DNA of 64,000 bases from an uncultured bacterium (GTDB lineage: Bacteria; Electryoneota; Electryoneia; Electryoneales; Electryoneaceae), in the NCBI GenBank assembly GCA_964538455.1, contig CAZIDZ010000002.1, forward strand, positions 89,444 to 153,443. The letters run 5' to 3'. Every line of letters begins with the position of its first letter. Within the stretch, counting starts at the first letter, position 1. This document shows positions 17,875 to 28,168 of this stretch, piece by piece. The notes below the pieces were generated by a model that worked only from the letters and a program-made list of their open reading frames with translations, searched no databases and was not told the origin of the DNA. Position numbers and translations under genes: made by a program.

Positions 17875-19089
17875 ATGAAGATACTAACGCTGAATTGCGG
17901 CAGCAGCTCGATCAAGTACCAGATCTTTGAGATTGACGACAAAGGAAATACCGTCCTCGCCCGTGGTGGGGTAGAGCGCATCGGGATGAAAGGCGCAATC
18001 CTCAAGCACGAGCGTCACGACGGCGACAAGGTGAAGATCGCCGGTGAGATCGTCGACCACACGGCTGCCATCGAATACATCCTCGCCATTCTGCTCAGTC
18101 CGAACCACGGCGTGATCGAGGACCGCAACGAGATCGACGCCGTCGGACACCGTGTCGTTCACGGCGGCGAAACCTTCACCGGATCGGTCCGGATCGACCA
18201 GCCGGTGATGGATGCGTTGAACGACAGCGTGGACCTCGCACCGCTGCACAATCCGGCGAATATCAAGGGTATCGTCGCCTGCCAGCGTCTGATGAAGGAA
18301 ACACCGATGGTCGGCGTGTTCGACACCGCGTTTCACCACACGCTGCCGGATTACGCCTACCTCTATGGGCTTCCCTACCTGCTCTACAAGCGCTATCACA
18401 TCCGCCGCTACGGCTTTCACGGAACGTCGCACCTTTACGTTTCGCGCCGCGCGGCTGCGATGTCCGGCAAAACGCTCGAACAGCTGAAGATGATAACCTG
18501 CCACCTCGGGAACGGCGCTTCGATGGCGGCGGTGGACGGCGGCAAGTCTGTGGACACGACGATGGGTTTCACTCCCGTCGAGGGCCTGCTGATGGGCACC
18601 CGTGTCGGCGACCTGGACGCTGGAGCGCTGCTGCACATCATGGGCCGCGAGGAGATCACTCTCGGCGAAACCAACACGCTGCTGAACAAGCACTCGGGCC
18701 TGATCGGGGTCTCCGGGGTCTCCTCGGACATGCGCGAGATCGAGGAGGAGGCGGCGAACGGCAATGAACGCGCCCGCCTCGCGCTGAACATGTTCACCTA
18801 CCGCCTCCGCAAATACATCGGCGCCTACGCGGCGGCGATGGGCGGCTTGGACGCCATAGTCTTTACCGGCGGCATCGGCGAAAACAGCAGTGTCGTCCGT
18901 CGTGACTCACTCGCCCCACTGGGCTACCTCGGCGTGAAACTGGACGAAGCTAAAAACGACGAACGTTCGGCGAAAGAGCGCCAGATCAGCGCCGATGACA
19001 GCAGGGTTGGGGTCTATGTGATCCCCACCGACGAGGAGCTGGTCATCGCAGAGGAGACGTTTCGCATCGTGCACGGGATGAATTCGTAG
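17875..19089 (+). CDS. ackA: Acetate kinase
   Basis: LNCGSSSIKY, GHRVVHGG, APLHNP, RRYGFHGTSH, HLGNGAS, FTGGIGEN. Confidence 0.97.
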   Translation: MKILTLNCGSSSIKYQIFEIDDKGNTVLARGGVERIGMKGAILKHERHDGDKVKIAGEIVDHTAAIEYILAILLSPNHGVIEDRNEIDAVGHRVVHGGETFTGSVRIDQPVMDALNDSVDLAPLHNPANIKGIVACQRLMKETPMVGVFDTAFHHTLPDYAYLYGLPYLLYKRYHIRRYGFHGTSHLYVSRRAAAMSGKTLEQLKMITCHLGNGASMAAVDGGKSVDTTMGFTPVEGLLMGTRVGDLDAGALLHIMGREEITLGETNTLLNKHSGLIGVSGVSSDMREIEEEAANGNERARLALNMFTYRLRKYIGAYAAAMGGLDAIVFTGGIGENSSVVRRDSLAPLGYLGVKLDEAKNDERSAKERQISADDSRVGVYVIPTDEELVIAEETFRIVHGMNS

Positions 19090-19125
19090 CAAATATCTAA
19101 TGGCTTATATAGTTTGAACTTATCG

Positions 19126-19156
19126 CCCGGCCGCCCTGTCAGCCGGGTTTCTTTTT
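19126..19156 (+). terminator. Intrinsic terminator after ackA
   Basis: CCCGGC...GCCGGG hairpin followed by TTTCTTTTT. Confidence 0.6.
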
Positions 19157-19427
19157 CCGGGACGTGGTGGTTCCGGGTGACTCACTGGATCCCCCGGTCA
19201 AGCCAGAGGATGACAGTGGTGTCAGTTGTGTGGCCCGGGATGTGGACCGCAGGTCCATTTCCCGGGTTTCATCTGTGTGTCAGGTTTCCGTTTCGCTAAC
19301 GACCTGTGAAAACAAGAAATAACGGAGAAGTCGCTGGACCCTTGAACGTGGATCGGCACCACCGCATACTGGGCTCAGGTTTCCCGGAACACGGTGGTTC
19401 GGGGCTGCAAATTGGATGTGTCGCCAG

Positions 19428-19508
19428 AAAAATGTACCAGGTACAAATACGGTGAATATTCTGCAATAGCGTGAACATTCGTGGCAGCATAGTACCCGGT
19501 ACGTTTTT
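19428..19508. repeat. REP-like inverted pair of GTACC(A/C)GGTAC palindromes
   Basis: AAAAATGTACCAGGTAC vs GTACCCGGTACGTTTTT, 15/17 complementary. Confidence 0.6.
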
Positions 19509-19644
19509 CTTTTACTTGGAATCGAGGGAAATGTCATCTGACAACCTGAAAGCGGATTACAGCGTTACGCGAAGTCTTGGAATCCTGAAGAGTTACGTGG
19601 AGCAATTGGAGTCACCGTCGCGGAGGCGAATGGGGGTTGTACCC

Positions 19645-19673
19645 TTGCTCCGCAGGGTGCCTCGTGTTACGTT
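19645..19673 (+). promoter_or_regulatory. sigma70-type promoter for the yceD-rpmF-fab operon
   Basis: TTGCTC-17 bp-TACGTT; ATG begins 9 nt after the -10. Confidence 0.5.
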
Positions 19674-19682
19674 TACGGGCCT

Positions 19683-20204
19683 ATGAAGTTACGCCTGCCA
19701 TCGCTGCGAGATGGCCGAAACTCGGTCGAGGAAACGCTCGATCCGGGGGAGCTGGGACTTGACGCCGAAGTGTTCCGTCAGCCGGTGAGGGTTACCGGCA
19801 CCGCGGATCTGGATGACGCCAAGGTGGACGTGCGGCTGAATGTTCGCACAGAGGGCCATTTCGTCTGCGACCGCTGCGCGGTGAAGTTCGACCGTCCGTT
19901 TGACGTTTCCGCCCGGATCATCGTGCTGCGCCGGGACGCACATGACAGCGACGAAGAGGAGGCGGATGGGCTTGTGTTCATTGGCACACAGGGAACCGAG
20001 GCGGACCTGACGGATGAACTTGCCGATGCGATCCTGCTTGACGTTCCACTGAAAACGCTATGCAAACCCGATTGCAAGGGTCTCTGTCCGGTCTGCTACG
20101 TCGACTGGAACGAGGAACGCTGCGAGCATTACGAGCAATTTGCCCACGGCGAAAACAACGAAAACCTTTCGGCGTCCGGTCAGGACGGCGAGGATAACGA
20201 CTGA
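19683..20204 (+). CDS. yceD: DUF177/YceD family protein
   Basis: CDRC and LCKPDCKGLCPVC motifs; lies directly upstream of rpmF. Confidence 0.9.
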   Translation: MKLRLPSLRDGRNSVEETLDPGELGLDAEVFRQPVRVTGTADLDDAKVDVRLNVRTEGHFVCDRCAVKFDRPFDVSARIIVLRRDAHDSDEEEADGLVFIGTQGTEADLTDELADAILLDVPLKTLCKPDCKGLCPVCYVDWNEERCEHYEQFAHGENNENLSASGQDGEDND

Positions 20205-20212
20205 GGATTCCA

Positions 20213-20395
20213 GTGGCAGTCCCGAAGAAACGTACGAGCAGCGCACGTCGCGACAAGCGCCGTGCCCACGACGCTTTGAAACCGGAAAACGTGATTGAGT
20301 GCCCGAACTGCGGTGCCTGGATGAAGTCGCACCGTGCATGCCCGGAATGCGGGTATTACAAGGGCCGTGAAGTCGGTCCTGCCCGCAACAAGTAA
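20213..20395 (+). CDS. rpmF: 50S ribosomal protein L32 (zinc-binding form)
   Basis: MAVPKKRTS..RRDKRR, CPNCG...HRACPECGYY. Confidence 0.97.
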   Translation: MAVPKKRTSSARRDKRRAHDALKPENVIECPNCGAWMKSHRACPECGYYKGREVGPARNK

Positions 20396-20407
20396 GCAGA
20401 TCCATCC

Positions 20408-21454
20408 GTGCCTGAGGACGGCGTGAAGATCAGGGTTGCAGTGGATACTGCAGGGCGAGAACCCGGCCTAGCGACCGTCATCGAAGGTGTTTGCAGCGCT
20501 CTTGACGAAACCGGGTCAGCCCTTGACGGGGTTCGCCCGGTCTTCTATGGGCCCGGTAAGGAAATCGAACGGGAGCTGAAACGGCGGGGGACGGACCGGA
20601 GCCGTGTGTCTGTTGAGGACGCGAGCGACACGGTCGAGATGGACGAGCGCCCGCGCGATGCGCTTTTGCGCAAGCCCAACAGTTCGATCATTCTCGCAGC
20701 CAAGGATTTGAAGGCTGGAAAGGTTGAGGCCTTCATCTCCATGGGGAATACCGGCGCTGTCGTTGGCGCCTGCCGGGCTCACCTCGGCACCCTGCGCTGG
20801 ATCAACAAACCGGCCCTGGGAACGCCGCTGCCGCGGGCAAAGGGGATGGGATTCCTGCTCGACGTGGGCGCGGTGTCGGACCCGAAGCCCGGGCACCTGG
20901 TGCAATTCGCCGCGATGGGTTCGGTGTTCGCGGAACGGGTGTATGGGGTCGACAACCCCCGCGTCGCCCTGCTGAACATAGGAGTGGAGGCGCACAAGGG
21001 GGACGAGCGAACGCGTGACGCCTACCGTCTGTTGGCGAGAAGCGATCTGCACTTCGTCGGGAATGTCGAAGGCGGTGACCTGTTCAGCGACCGGGCGGAT
21101 GTTATCGTCACAAGCGGCTTTGTAGGCAATATCGTTCTCAAATTCACCGAGACGATTCCCGATCTGTTCCAGGAGCGGATGCGCACGAGGGGATTGGGCA
21201 CCGCGAGCGAAGAATTACTGGAAGATCTGGACTATCGGAAATACGGGGGGGCGATTCTGCTCGGTGTTGACGGCACCGTCGTCATCGGGCATGGCCGGAG
21301 CACCGCTGCGGCTGTTGGCCAGGCATTGCGCTGGTCGAGCAAAATGGTACGGGGAGGAGTAGTCGAGGCTTTGCGTGACAGGGTCTTCCGCTCGCGCCGT
21401 TCCCTCTGGCTCTCGAATCCCTTCGCACGTGGAGAGGAAGTTGATGAAAGCTAA
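20408..21454 (+). CDS. plsX: Phosphate acyltransferase
   Basis: SMGNTGA, LLDVGA, LLNIGVEAHKG, GNVEG, GFVGNIVLK, GGAILLG; synteny. Confidence 0.92.
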   Translation: MPEDGVKIRVAVDTAGREPGLATVIEGVCSALDETGSALDGVRPVFYGPGKEIERELKRRGTDRSRVSVEDASDTVEMDERPRDALLRKPNSSIILAAKDLKAGKVEAFISMGNTGAVVGACRAHLGTLRWINKPALGTPLPRAKGMGFLLDVGAVSDPKPGHLVQFAAMGSVFAERVYGVDNPRVALLNIGVEAHKGDERTRDAYRLLARSDLHFVGNVEGGDLFSDRADVIVTSGFVGNIVLKFTETIPDLFQERMRTRGLGTASEELLEDLDYRKYGGAILLGVDGTVVIGHGRSTAAAVGQALRWSSKMVRGGVVEALRDRVFRSRRSLWLSNPFARGEEVDES

Positions 21455-22445
21455 GCCCTTCCCTATCGTTTCGCGCATCGCCGGCACCGGCCACGCCGTG
21501 CCGGAACGGGTGCTGACGAACGCCGACCTGGAAAAAATGGTCGACACCTCGGACGAGTGGATTACCACACGCACGGGGATCAAGACCCGGTTCGTGGCGG
21601 AACCGGGACAACCACTCTCGGATTTTGCCATTGAGGCGGCACGCAAGGCGCTTGACGACGCCAAGATGAAGGCCGAGGATCTCGACCTGATTATCGTCGG
21701 CACCGTGACCGGCGACATGAAGTTTCCTGCGAGCGCCACCATCGTCCAGGCGAGCCTCGGTGCAAAAAACGCCGCATCGTTTGATATCCAGGCGGCGTGC
21801 AGCGGATTCATCTACGCCATGGAAATAGCGGACAGCCTGATTCGGGGCGGGCGAGCCCGGAACGTCCTTGTCATCGGCGCCGAGATTCTCACCAGCATGG
21901 TGAACTGGAAGGATCGGAGCACTTGTGTTCTCTTCGGAGACGGCGCGGGGGCCGCGGTTGTGGTGCCCTCAATGAACAACGGCAGCGGTGTTCTTTCCAC
22001 CTACACCGGATCCGACGGGGATTTGGCCCACCTGCTGTATTCACGGGGCGGGGGAACGCTTGCGCCGGGCTGGGACCGCACGCTTCCGACCGAGGAGTTC
22101 ACGATCCACATGGCTGGAAACGAAGTCTTCAAGCACGCGGTCAAGACGATGGGCGACGCGGCGATTATCGGCCTCGAGCGTGCGGGCCTGACCCCGGACG
22201 ATCTCGATCTGATGATCCCTCATCAGGCCAACATCCGCATCATCGACGCAACGGCCAAGCGACTGAAACTGCCGCCGGAAAAGGTGTACATCAACGTGGA
22301 CCGCTATGGCAACACCTCCTCCGCATCGATCCCCATCGCACTCGATGAAGTGCTCCGCGAGGGCCGCGCGAAAAAGGGCGATGTGCTGCTCTTCGTAGCG
22401 TTCGGAGGTGGATTCACCTGGGGCAGCGCCGTGGTGCGGCTCTAG
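21444..22445 (+). CDS. fabH: 3-oxoacyl-ACP synthase III
   Basis: DTSDEWI, AACSGF, LFGDGAGA, PHQANIRI, GNTSSAS. Confidence 0.96.
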   Translation: MKAKPFPIVSRIAGTGHAVPERVLTNADLEKMVDTSDEWITTRTGIKTRFVAEPGQPLSDFAIEAARKALDDAKMKAEDLDLIIVGTVTGDMKFPASATIVQASLGAKNAASFDIQAACSGFIYAMEIADSLIRGGRARNVLVIGAEILTSMVNWKDRSTCVLFGDGAGAAVVVPSMNNGSGVLSTYTGSDGDLAHLLYSRGGGTLAPGWDRTLPTEEFTIHMAGNEVFKHAVKTMGDAAIIGLERAGLTPDDLDLMIPHQANIRIIDATAKRLKLPPEKVYINVDRYGNTSSASIPIALDEVLREGRAKKGDVLLFVAFGGGFTWGSAVVRL

Positions 22446-22480
22446 GCCGAAGGTGGCAAACCAGGGACCGTGACGAAATC

Positions 22481-23416
22481 ATGAGCGATACAGCTTTCTT
22501 ATTCCCGGGGCAGGCCTCGCAATTTGTCGGGATGGGCCGCGATTTGTACGAGGGCGAACCGTTGGCGAGAGCGATGTACGATCGTGCGGTGAGGCAGCTT
22601 CCCTTCGATCTGCTGAAACTGTCGTTCGAGGGCCCGGTGGAAGAGTTGACGCAGACCCGGGTGACGCAACCGGCGATTTTCGTTCACAGCGTGATCATAT
22701 CCCAGCTGCTGTCGCCGCGTGGATTGCGAATGGCGGCTACCGCTGGCCACAGCCTGGGGGAATATTCGGCGCTGGTCGCTTCCGGGGCGATCGGATTTGA
22801 TCAAGCGCTGCAGCTTGTCGCGCTCCGCGGCGAGCTGATGCAGAACGCCGGAGATGAGCGTCCCGGAACAATGGCCGCGATCCTGGGCATGGACCCGGAT
22901 GCCGTCGATGGACTTTGCGGAGAGGCGTCCAGCAACGGCGAAGTCGTGGTGGCGGCGAATTTGAACGCTCCCGGACAAATTGCGGTATCCGGGGATGTTG
23001 CGGCGGTGGAGCGCGCGATCGAGCTGGCCAAGGCCAGGGGCGCCCGGCGCGCGATGAAGCTGAACGTATCCGGAGCTTTTCACAGCCCGTTGATGGCGCC
23101 GGCGGCGGCGAAGCTGGCGGAAAAGGTGCGCGCGGCGACAATCCGCCCGCCGAGCGTTCCGGTCTATCAGAACGTGAGCGCTCTCCCGACGAAGGATCCG
23201 GGGGAAATTCGTGAAGGGTTGATCGCCCAGCTAACCCGTCCCGTGCGATGGATTGAAACGATACGCAACATGTCCGCGGACGGCGTCGGAACCTATATCG
23301 AGGTGGGACCGGGGTCGGTGCTGCAGGGGCTGGTCAAACGCATACTCCCTGAGGTCAAGGGGATGAGTGTCGGCAACAGGGAACAGGTATCCGCGTACCA
23401 GACTGAAATGGATTGA
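22481..23416 (+). CDS. fabD: Malonyl-CoA:ACP transacylase
   Basis: FPGQASQ, TQPAI, GHSLGEY, GAFHS. Confidence 0.96.
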   Translation: MSDTAFLFPGQASQFVGMGRDLYEGEPLARAMYDRAVRQLPFDLLKLSFEGPVEELTQTRVTQPAIFVHSVIISQLLSPRGLRMAATAGHSLGEYSALVASGAIGFDQALQLVALRGELMQNAGDERPGTMAAILGMDPDAVDGLCGEASSNGEVVVAANLNAPGQIAVSGDVAAVERAIELAKARGARRAMKLNVSGAFHSPLMAPAAAKLAEKVRAATIRPPSVPVYQNVSALPTKDPGEIREGLIAQLTRPVRWIETIRNMSADGVGTYIEVGPGSVLQGLVKRILPEVKGMSVGNREQVSAYQTEMD

Positions 23417-23487
23417 GATCCGCGGCGGGTGCGTTCCCGGATGCGCGACGCCTGGGGCGAGTCGACGAGATCACCATGGAGTGAACC

Positions 23488-24231
23488 ATGAGCGTGTTGA
23501 AGGACCAGGTCGCCTGGATCACCGGCAGCGGCCGCGGAATCGGCCGGGCCATCGCCGAACGTCTCGGGCGTGACGGGGCCAAGCTCGTGATCCACGATGT
23601 TGTAAAGGAGATGGCGGTGAACACCGCCAGCGAGTTGAAGGCCCAGGGATTCGAAACGATGGCGGTGGTCTCAGATGTCTCCAACAGCGAGGCGGTGGAG
23701 AGCACTGTCAGTCAGGTGCTCGAGGCGTGGGGGCGGTTGGACATCCTCGTCAACAATGCCGGAGTCACGCGGGACACGCTGCTGATGCGGATGAAAGAGG
23801 AGGATTGGGACCTCGTTTTGCGGATCAACCTGAAAGGGGCCTTCCTCTGCACACGCGCGGTAACGCGTCCGATGATGAAGCAGAGAAGCGGCAGAATCAT
23901 CAACATCGCCAGCATCGTCGGAGTGATGGGCAACGCGGGTCAGGCGAACTATTCCGCGAGTAAAGCGGGCTTGATCGGTTTGACGAAAAGCGCGGCGAAG
24001 GAGCTGGCTGCGCGCGGAGTGACGGTGAACGCCGTCGCCCCGGGGTACATCGAAACGGAGATGACCTCCGTGCTCCCGACGGCCGTCCGCGAGCAATTCC
24101 TGCAGGTCACTCCTCTCGGCCGCCCCGGTTCTCCCGAGGATGTCGCTGGAGTCGTAAGTTTTCTGGCTTCGCCGGACGCTTCGTATGTTACGGGCCAGGT
24201 GATTCACATTGATGGCGGTATGGTGATGTGA
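23488..24231 (+). CDS. fabG: 3-oxoacyl-ACP reductase
   Basis: TGSGRGIG, NNAGVTRD, GQANYSASKAG. Confidence 0.96.
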   Translation: MSVLKDQVAWITGSGRGIGRAIAERLGRDGAKLVIHDVVKEMAVNTASELKAQGFETMAVVSDVSNSEAVESTVSQVLEAWGRLDILVNNAGVTRDTLLMRMKEEDWDLVLRINLKGAFLCTRAVTRPMMKQRSGRIINIASIVGVMGNAGQANYSASKAGLIGLTKSAAKELAARGVTVNAVAPGYIETEMTSVLPTAVREQFLQVTPLGRPGSPEDVAGVVSFLASPDASYVTGQVIHIDGGMVM

Positions 24232-24327
24232 GGGGAACGTCTCTTTTGTATCTTTGGTAACTTTGCAATACTTGGGAAAAACTCGAACACGATAACATCA
24301 TTAACGTTCAGATGGAGGAAGCCAACC

Positions 24328-24570
24328 ATGGCAAGTGCGGAGCAGATTCAGAAGGTGAAAGAGATCATTGCCGACCAGCTCGGTGTGGACATCAATGAGG
24401 TGACGATGGAAGCCTCGTTCATCGATGATCTCGGCGCCGATTCGCTCGACACCGTTGAGCTTGTGATGGCTTTCGAAGAGGCGTTTGGCATCGAGATCCC
24501 GGACGAAGATGCGGACAAACTGCAGACCGTCGGCTCGGCGATCGAGTATCTCGAAAGCAAGCTGGGATAG
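24328..24570 (+). CDS. acpP: Acyl carrier protein
   Basis: [18 protein letters not shown]. Confidence 0.97.
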   Translation: MASAEQIQKVKEIIADQLGVDINEVTMEASFIDDLGADSLDTVELVMAFEEAFGIEIPDEDADKLQTVGSAIEYLESKLG

Positions 24571-24594
24571 AACAGCCTGCGAGGATGCACAGGT

Positions 24595-25836
24595 ATGCCA
24601 AAACGAATCTTCATAACGGGCATTGGTGTCATCACCCCGCTGGGGACGACTGCGGAGGAGACGTGGAAATCGATGGTGGCGGGGAAATCCGGCGCCGCCA
24701 CGATCACGTCTTTCGACACATCCAGTTTCCGTACCCGATTTGCATGTGAGGTGAAAGGGCTTGATCCGGGCGACTTCCTTGATCGGAAGGAGCTCAAGCG
24801 AATGGACCGTTTCACCCAGCTTGCCATGATCAGTACCATCGAGGCGGTTGAATCCTCCGGGATCAGTCAGGACAAAATCAACGGTGACCGTGCTGGTGTT
24901 GTTTACGGTACCGGGATCGGCGGGATGGATACCTACCAGGAGCAGGTCATCCGCATGTACACGGAAGGACCCAACCGCATCTCGCCTTTTTTTGTGCCGA
25001 TGATGATCGGCGACATCGTACCCGGCTACATCAGCATGCGTTGGGGTTTCAAAGGGGTGAACTACGGTGTGCAGAGCGCCTGCGCTACATCGTCGCACGC
25101 GATTGGCCTGGCCATGATGCATCTCCGCGCCGGAGACGCTGATGTCATGGTAACAGGCGGAACAGAGGCGCCGGTCAGCCGAATCGGGATCGGAGGATTC
25201 AACGCGATGCACGCGTTGTCCACACGCAACGATGCTCCCGAGAAAGCCTCGCGGCCGTTTGACAAGGATCGTGACGGTTTCGTCATCGGTGAAGGCGCTG
25301 CCGCCCTGATTCTTGAAACGGAAGAGCACATGAAGGCACGTGGAGGCACCCCGCTGGCGGAGTTGATCGGCTATGGTTTCAGTGCCGACGCCTACCATTT
25401 GACAGCTCCGGCACCCGAGGGCGAGGGTGCCGTACGTTCCATGCGTGCGGCGATGGCCGATGCCGGAGTCCAACCGGAGGAGGTGGATTACCTGAATGCT
25501 CACGGCACTTCCACGGAACTCAACGACAAGAATGAAACCATGGCGATCAAGACAACATTCGGCGAACACGCGCGCAAAATGGCGATCAGTTCCACGAAAT
25601 CGATGACCGGGCATCTGCTCGGTGCAGCGGGAGCCGTGGAAGCCTTCGCCTGCATTCAGGCCTTGCGGACTGGAATTGTACCCCCGACGATCAACTACGA
25701 AACTCCTGATCCGGACTGTGACCTCGACTACACGCCCAACGTGGCTGTGAAACGGGAGCTGCGGGTGGCGCTTTCGAACACCTTCGGATTCGGCGGGCAC
25801 AACGCTACGTTGGCTCTGCGCCGGGTGGACGCCTGA
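24595..25836 (+). CDS. fabF: 3-oxoacyl-ACP synthase II
   Basis: SACAT, NAHGTST, KSMTGHLLGAAG, SNTFGFGGHN. Confidence 0.96.
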   Translation: MPKRIFITGIGVITPLGTTAEETWKSMVAGKSGAATITSFDTSSFRTRFACEVKGLDPGDFLDRKELKRMDRFTQLAMISTIEAVESSGISQDKINGDRAGVVYGTGIGGMDTYQEQVIRMYTEGPNRISPFFVPMMIGDIVPGYISMRWGFKGVNYGVQSACATSSHAIGLAMMHLRAGDADVMVTGGTEAPVSRIGIGGFNAMHALSTRNDAPEKASRPFDKDRDGFVIGEGAAALILETEEHMKARGGTPLAELIGYGFSADAYHLTAPAPEGEGAVRSMRAAMADAGVQPEEVDYLNAHGTSTELNDKNETMAIKTTFGEHARKMAISSTKSMTGHLLGAAGAVEAFACIQALRTGIVPPTINYETPDPDCDLDYTPNVAVKRELRVALSNTFGFGGHNATLALRRVDA

Positions 25837-25852
25837 CCGGGGAGGAGGCACG

Positions 25853-26611
25853 GTGGGTTTGCGGCTGCCGGCCTGGCTGAGGAGAAGAGAGGTCCCGGCG
25901 AGGCCCGGTGCACATCGGACACTCAGACAATTCGAGGAGCTGATCGGTCACCGCTTTCGGAATCCTTCGCTGCTCGACAGCGCGCTGAAGCACAGGTCAA
26001 TCATCTTCCAGACCGGCGAAGCGCGTGAGTTGGCCAACGAACGCCTGGAGTTTCTTGGGGATGCCGTGCTCGACCTGATCGTTGCAAAACAGCTTTATGA
26101 CGATTACCCCGCGTCCCGCGAGGGTCATCTGACCCGGTTGAAAAGCCTGGCTGTGTCGGGCCGCCAGCTCGCCAACAAAGCGCGCAAAATGGGTCTTGGC
26201 GGGTTCATGCAGCTTTCGGCCGGGGAGGAGCGCAGCGGCGGGCGCAATCGCCGCAGCATCCTCGAGGACGCTCTCGAAGCCGTCATCGGAGCGATTTATC
26301 TGGACGGCGGCATGGAGTCCGCAGAACAGTTCGTCCGGAAGTTTATCACCCACGACCTGAATAACCGGCTGATCCGGGAGAAGGACAGAAACTATAAAAG
26401 CCTGCTTCTGGAACATGTGCAGGGGCAGGGAATGGGTCACCCGATCTATCGCGTCCTCTCCGAGGACGGTCCCGACCACGCCAAGACCTTTCATGTCGAA
26501 GTGCTGGTTAACGACAAGGCCATTGGGAGCGGGGTCGGGCGTAGCAAAAAGCAGGCGGAACAGCAGGCGGCGAAGGAAGCCGCCGAACGGCTCGGCCTGA
26601 ACAGCAACTGA
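25853..26611 (+). CDS. rnc: Ribonuclease III
   Basis: NERLEFLGDAVL, EAVIGAIYLDGG, C-terminal dsRBD (GPDH..F, SKKQAEQ). Confidence 0.96.
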   Translation: MGLRLPAWLRRREVPARPGAHRTLRQFEELIGHRFRNPSLLDSALKHRSIIFQTGEARELANERLEFLGDAVLDLIVAKQLYDDYPASREGHLTRLKSLAVSGRQLANKARKMGLGGFMQLSAGEERSGGRNRRSILEDALEAVIGAIYLDGGMESAEQFVRKFITHDLNNRLIREKDRNYKSLLLEHVQGQGMGHPIYRVLSEDGPDHAKTFHVEVLVNDKAIGSGVGRSKKQAEQQAAKEAAERLGLNSN

Positions 26612-26627
26612 AAGCTGCGGAGCGATC

Positions 26628-27785
26628 ATGGAGTACTTTTTCGACGATTTCCAGAAAGAGCTGTTGGATACCGCCCGCCGCATCGGGCGCGAAAAAATCC
26701 GTCCCGTGGCAGCGAAGTATGACCGCGAGGGCACCTTCCCTTGGGATTTGGTGAAGATTTTTGCGGATTCCGGATTCTATGGCCTCTGGGTGCCGGAGGA
26801 GTGGGGCGGTGTGGGGCGCGGGGTGATGGACCTGGTGCTCGTCACCGAGGAGCTCTCCCGCTGGTGCGGCGGAATCGCGCTCTCCGTGGCCGCAAGCGCG
26901 CTCGGGACCTTTCCCATTCTGATTAACGGCACGCAAGAGCAGAAGGACAAATATCTTCCCGACCTCGCCGAGGGAAAGAAGCTTGCGGGCTTCGGCCTCA
27001 CCGAGCCCTCGGCGGGATCCGACGCCGGCAGCATCCAGACCCGGGCCGTCAAGAAAGGTGACAAGTACATCATCAACGGCAACAAGGTGTTCATCACCAA
27101 CGGCGGCGAGGCGAAGATTTATACGATCATCGCCAGCACCGATCCGGAGAAGGGCTCGCGTGGCGCCTCGGCCTTCATCGTGGAAGAGGGTATGCCCGGT
27201 TTCTCCTACGGCAAGGAGGAGGACAAGATGGGCATCCGCGCCTCCGCCACCCGCGAACTGGTTTTCGAGGACTGCGAGGTTCCCGCCGAGAACATGATCG
27301 GCAGGGAGGGCGAGGGCTTCATGGTGGCGATGAAGACGCTCGACAAGAGCCGTCCCGGAGTCGCCGCCCAGGCGCTCGGCATTGCCCAGGGCGCGCTCGA
27401 CCTCGCGGTGCAGTACGCCAAGCAGCGCGAGCAGTTCGGCCAGAGCATCATCAGTTTCCAGGCGATCCAGAACATGCTCGCCGATATGGCCACCGAGGTG
27501 GAGGTGACACGCGCTCTGCTCTACGCCACCACGCGCATGATCGACGAAGGTGTGAAATCCTTCAGCAAGGAATCGGCGATGTGCAAGGTAAAGGCGTCCG
27601 ACGTGGCGATGAAGGTGACCACAGACGCCGTGCAGATCTTCGGCGGCTACGGCTACATGCGCGACTACCCCGTGGAGAAGTTCATGCGCGACGCCAAGAT
27701 CACGCAGATCTACGAGGGCACGAACCAGATTCAGCGCCTCGTCATCGCCCGCAACATCATCAAAGAGGCGGGCAAGGCGAGCTGA
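26628..27785 (+). CDS. Acyl-CoA dehydrogenase (short-chain/butyryl-CoA type)
   Basis: FGLTEPSAGSDA, NGNKVFITNG, KMGIRAS, QIFGGYGY, KITQIYEGTNQIQR. Confidence 0.93.
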   Translation: MEYFFDDFQKELLDTARRIGREKIRPVAAKYDREGTFPWDLVKIFADSGFYGLWVPEEWGGVGRGVMDLVLVTEELSRWCGGIALSVAASALGTFPILINGTQEQKDKYLPDLAEGKKLAGFGLTEPSAGSDAGSIQTRAVKKGDKYIINGNKVFITNGGEAKIYTIIASTDPEKGSRGASAFIVEEGMPGFSYGKEEDKMGIRASATRELVFEDCEVPAENMIGREGEGFMVAMKTLDKSRPGVAAQALGIAQGALDLAVQYAKQREQFGQSIISFQAIQNMLADMATEVEVTRALLYATTRMIDEGVKSFSKESAMCKVKASDVAMKVTTDAVQIFGGYGYMRDYPVEKFMRDAKITQIYEGTNQIQRLVIARNIIKEAGKAS

Positions 27786-27812
27786 ATCATCTCAGGGATG
27801 CGGTTTCATCAG

Positions 27813-27845
27813 ACCCGGCCCTTTGGTGGCCGGGTTTTCCTTTTG
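27813..27845 (+). terminator. Intrinsic terminator
   Basis: ACCCGGCC...GGCCGGGT hairpin followed by TTTCCTTTT. Confidence 0.65.
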
Positions 27846-27967
27846 TATCATCCCGGGCTTGAGAAAAAGTCTCTCCATCCGTTGATTGTTTTCCTGTGAT
27901 TTCAGGTCCGCAGAAATGTGACTATACTGTTCCAAACAGCGAGACAGAGGCAATCGGGAGAGAATCC

Positions 27968-28168
27968 ATGGCCCGAGTACGAGTGGACGACATTGTGGAA
28001 GCACTCGAACAGGAGATGAAGTCCGCGCTGGGCAAAACCGTTGAGGAGTTGTGGCCGGATCTCGTGCCGGTGGACCGTGGCGAGCTGCTGCGGACATTCC
28101 GCCGGATGCTGCGCGGCCAGTTCCGTGACTGGACGCATGTGCCGGATAAAACGGTGGATACCTACTGA
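27968..28168 (+). CDS. Small hypothetical protein (66 aa)
   Basis: GGGAGAG RBS; TATACT -10 upstream; protein-like amphipathic sequence MARVRVDDIVEALEQEMKSAL... Confidence 0.65.
   Translation: MARVRVDDIVEALEQEMKSALGKTVEELWPDLVPVDRGELLRTFRRMLRGQFRDWTHVPDKTVDTY

Noticed and set aside
24301-25851. 516-aa antisense ORF, and similar ones at 32708-34252, 49386-50813, 50916-52331 and 15426-16934
   Set aside because: Shadows of well-supported genes on the opposite strand, expected from GC-rich codon bias; no motifs of their own
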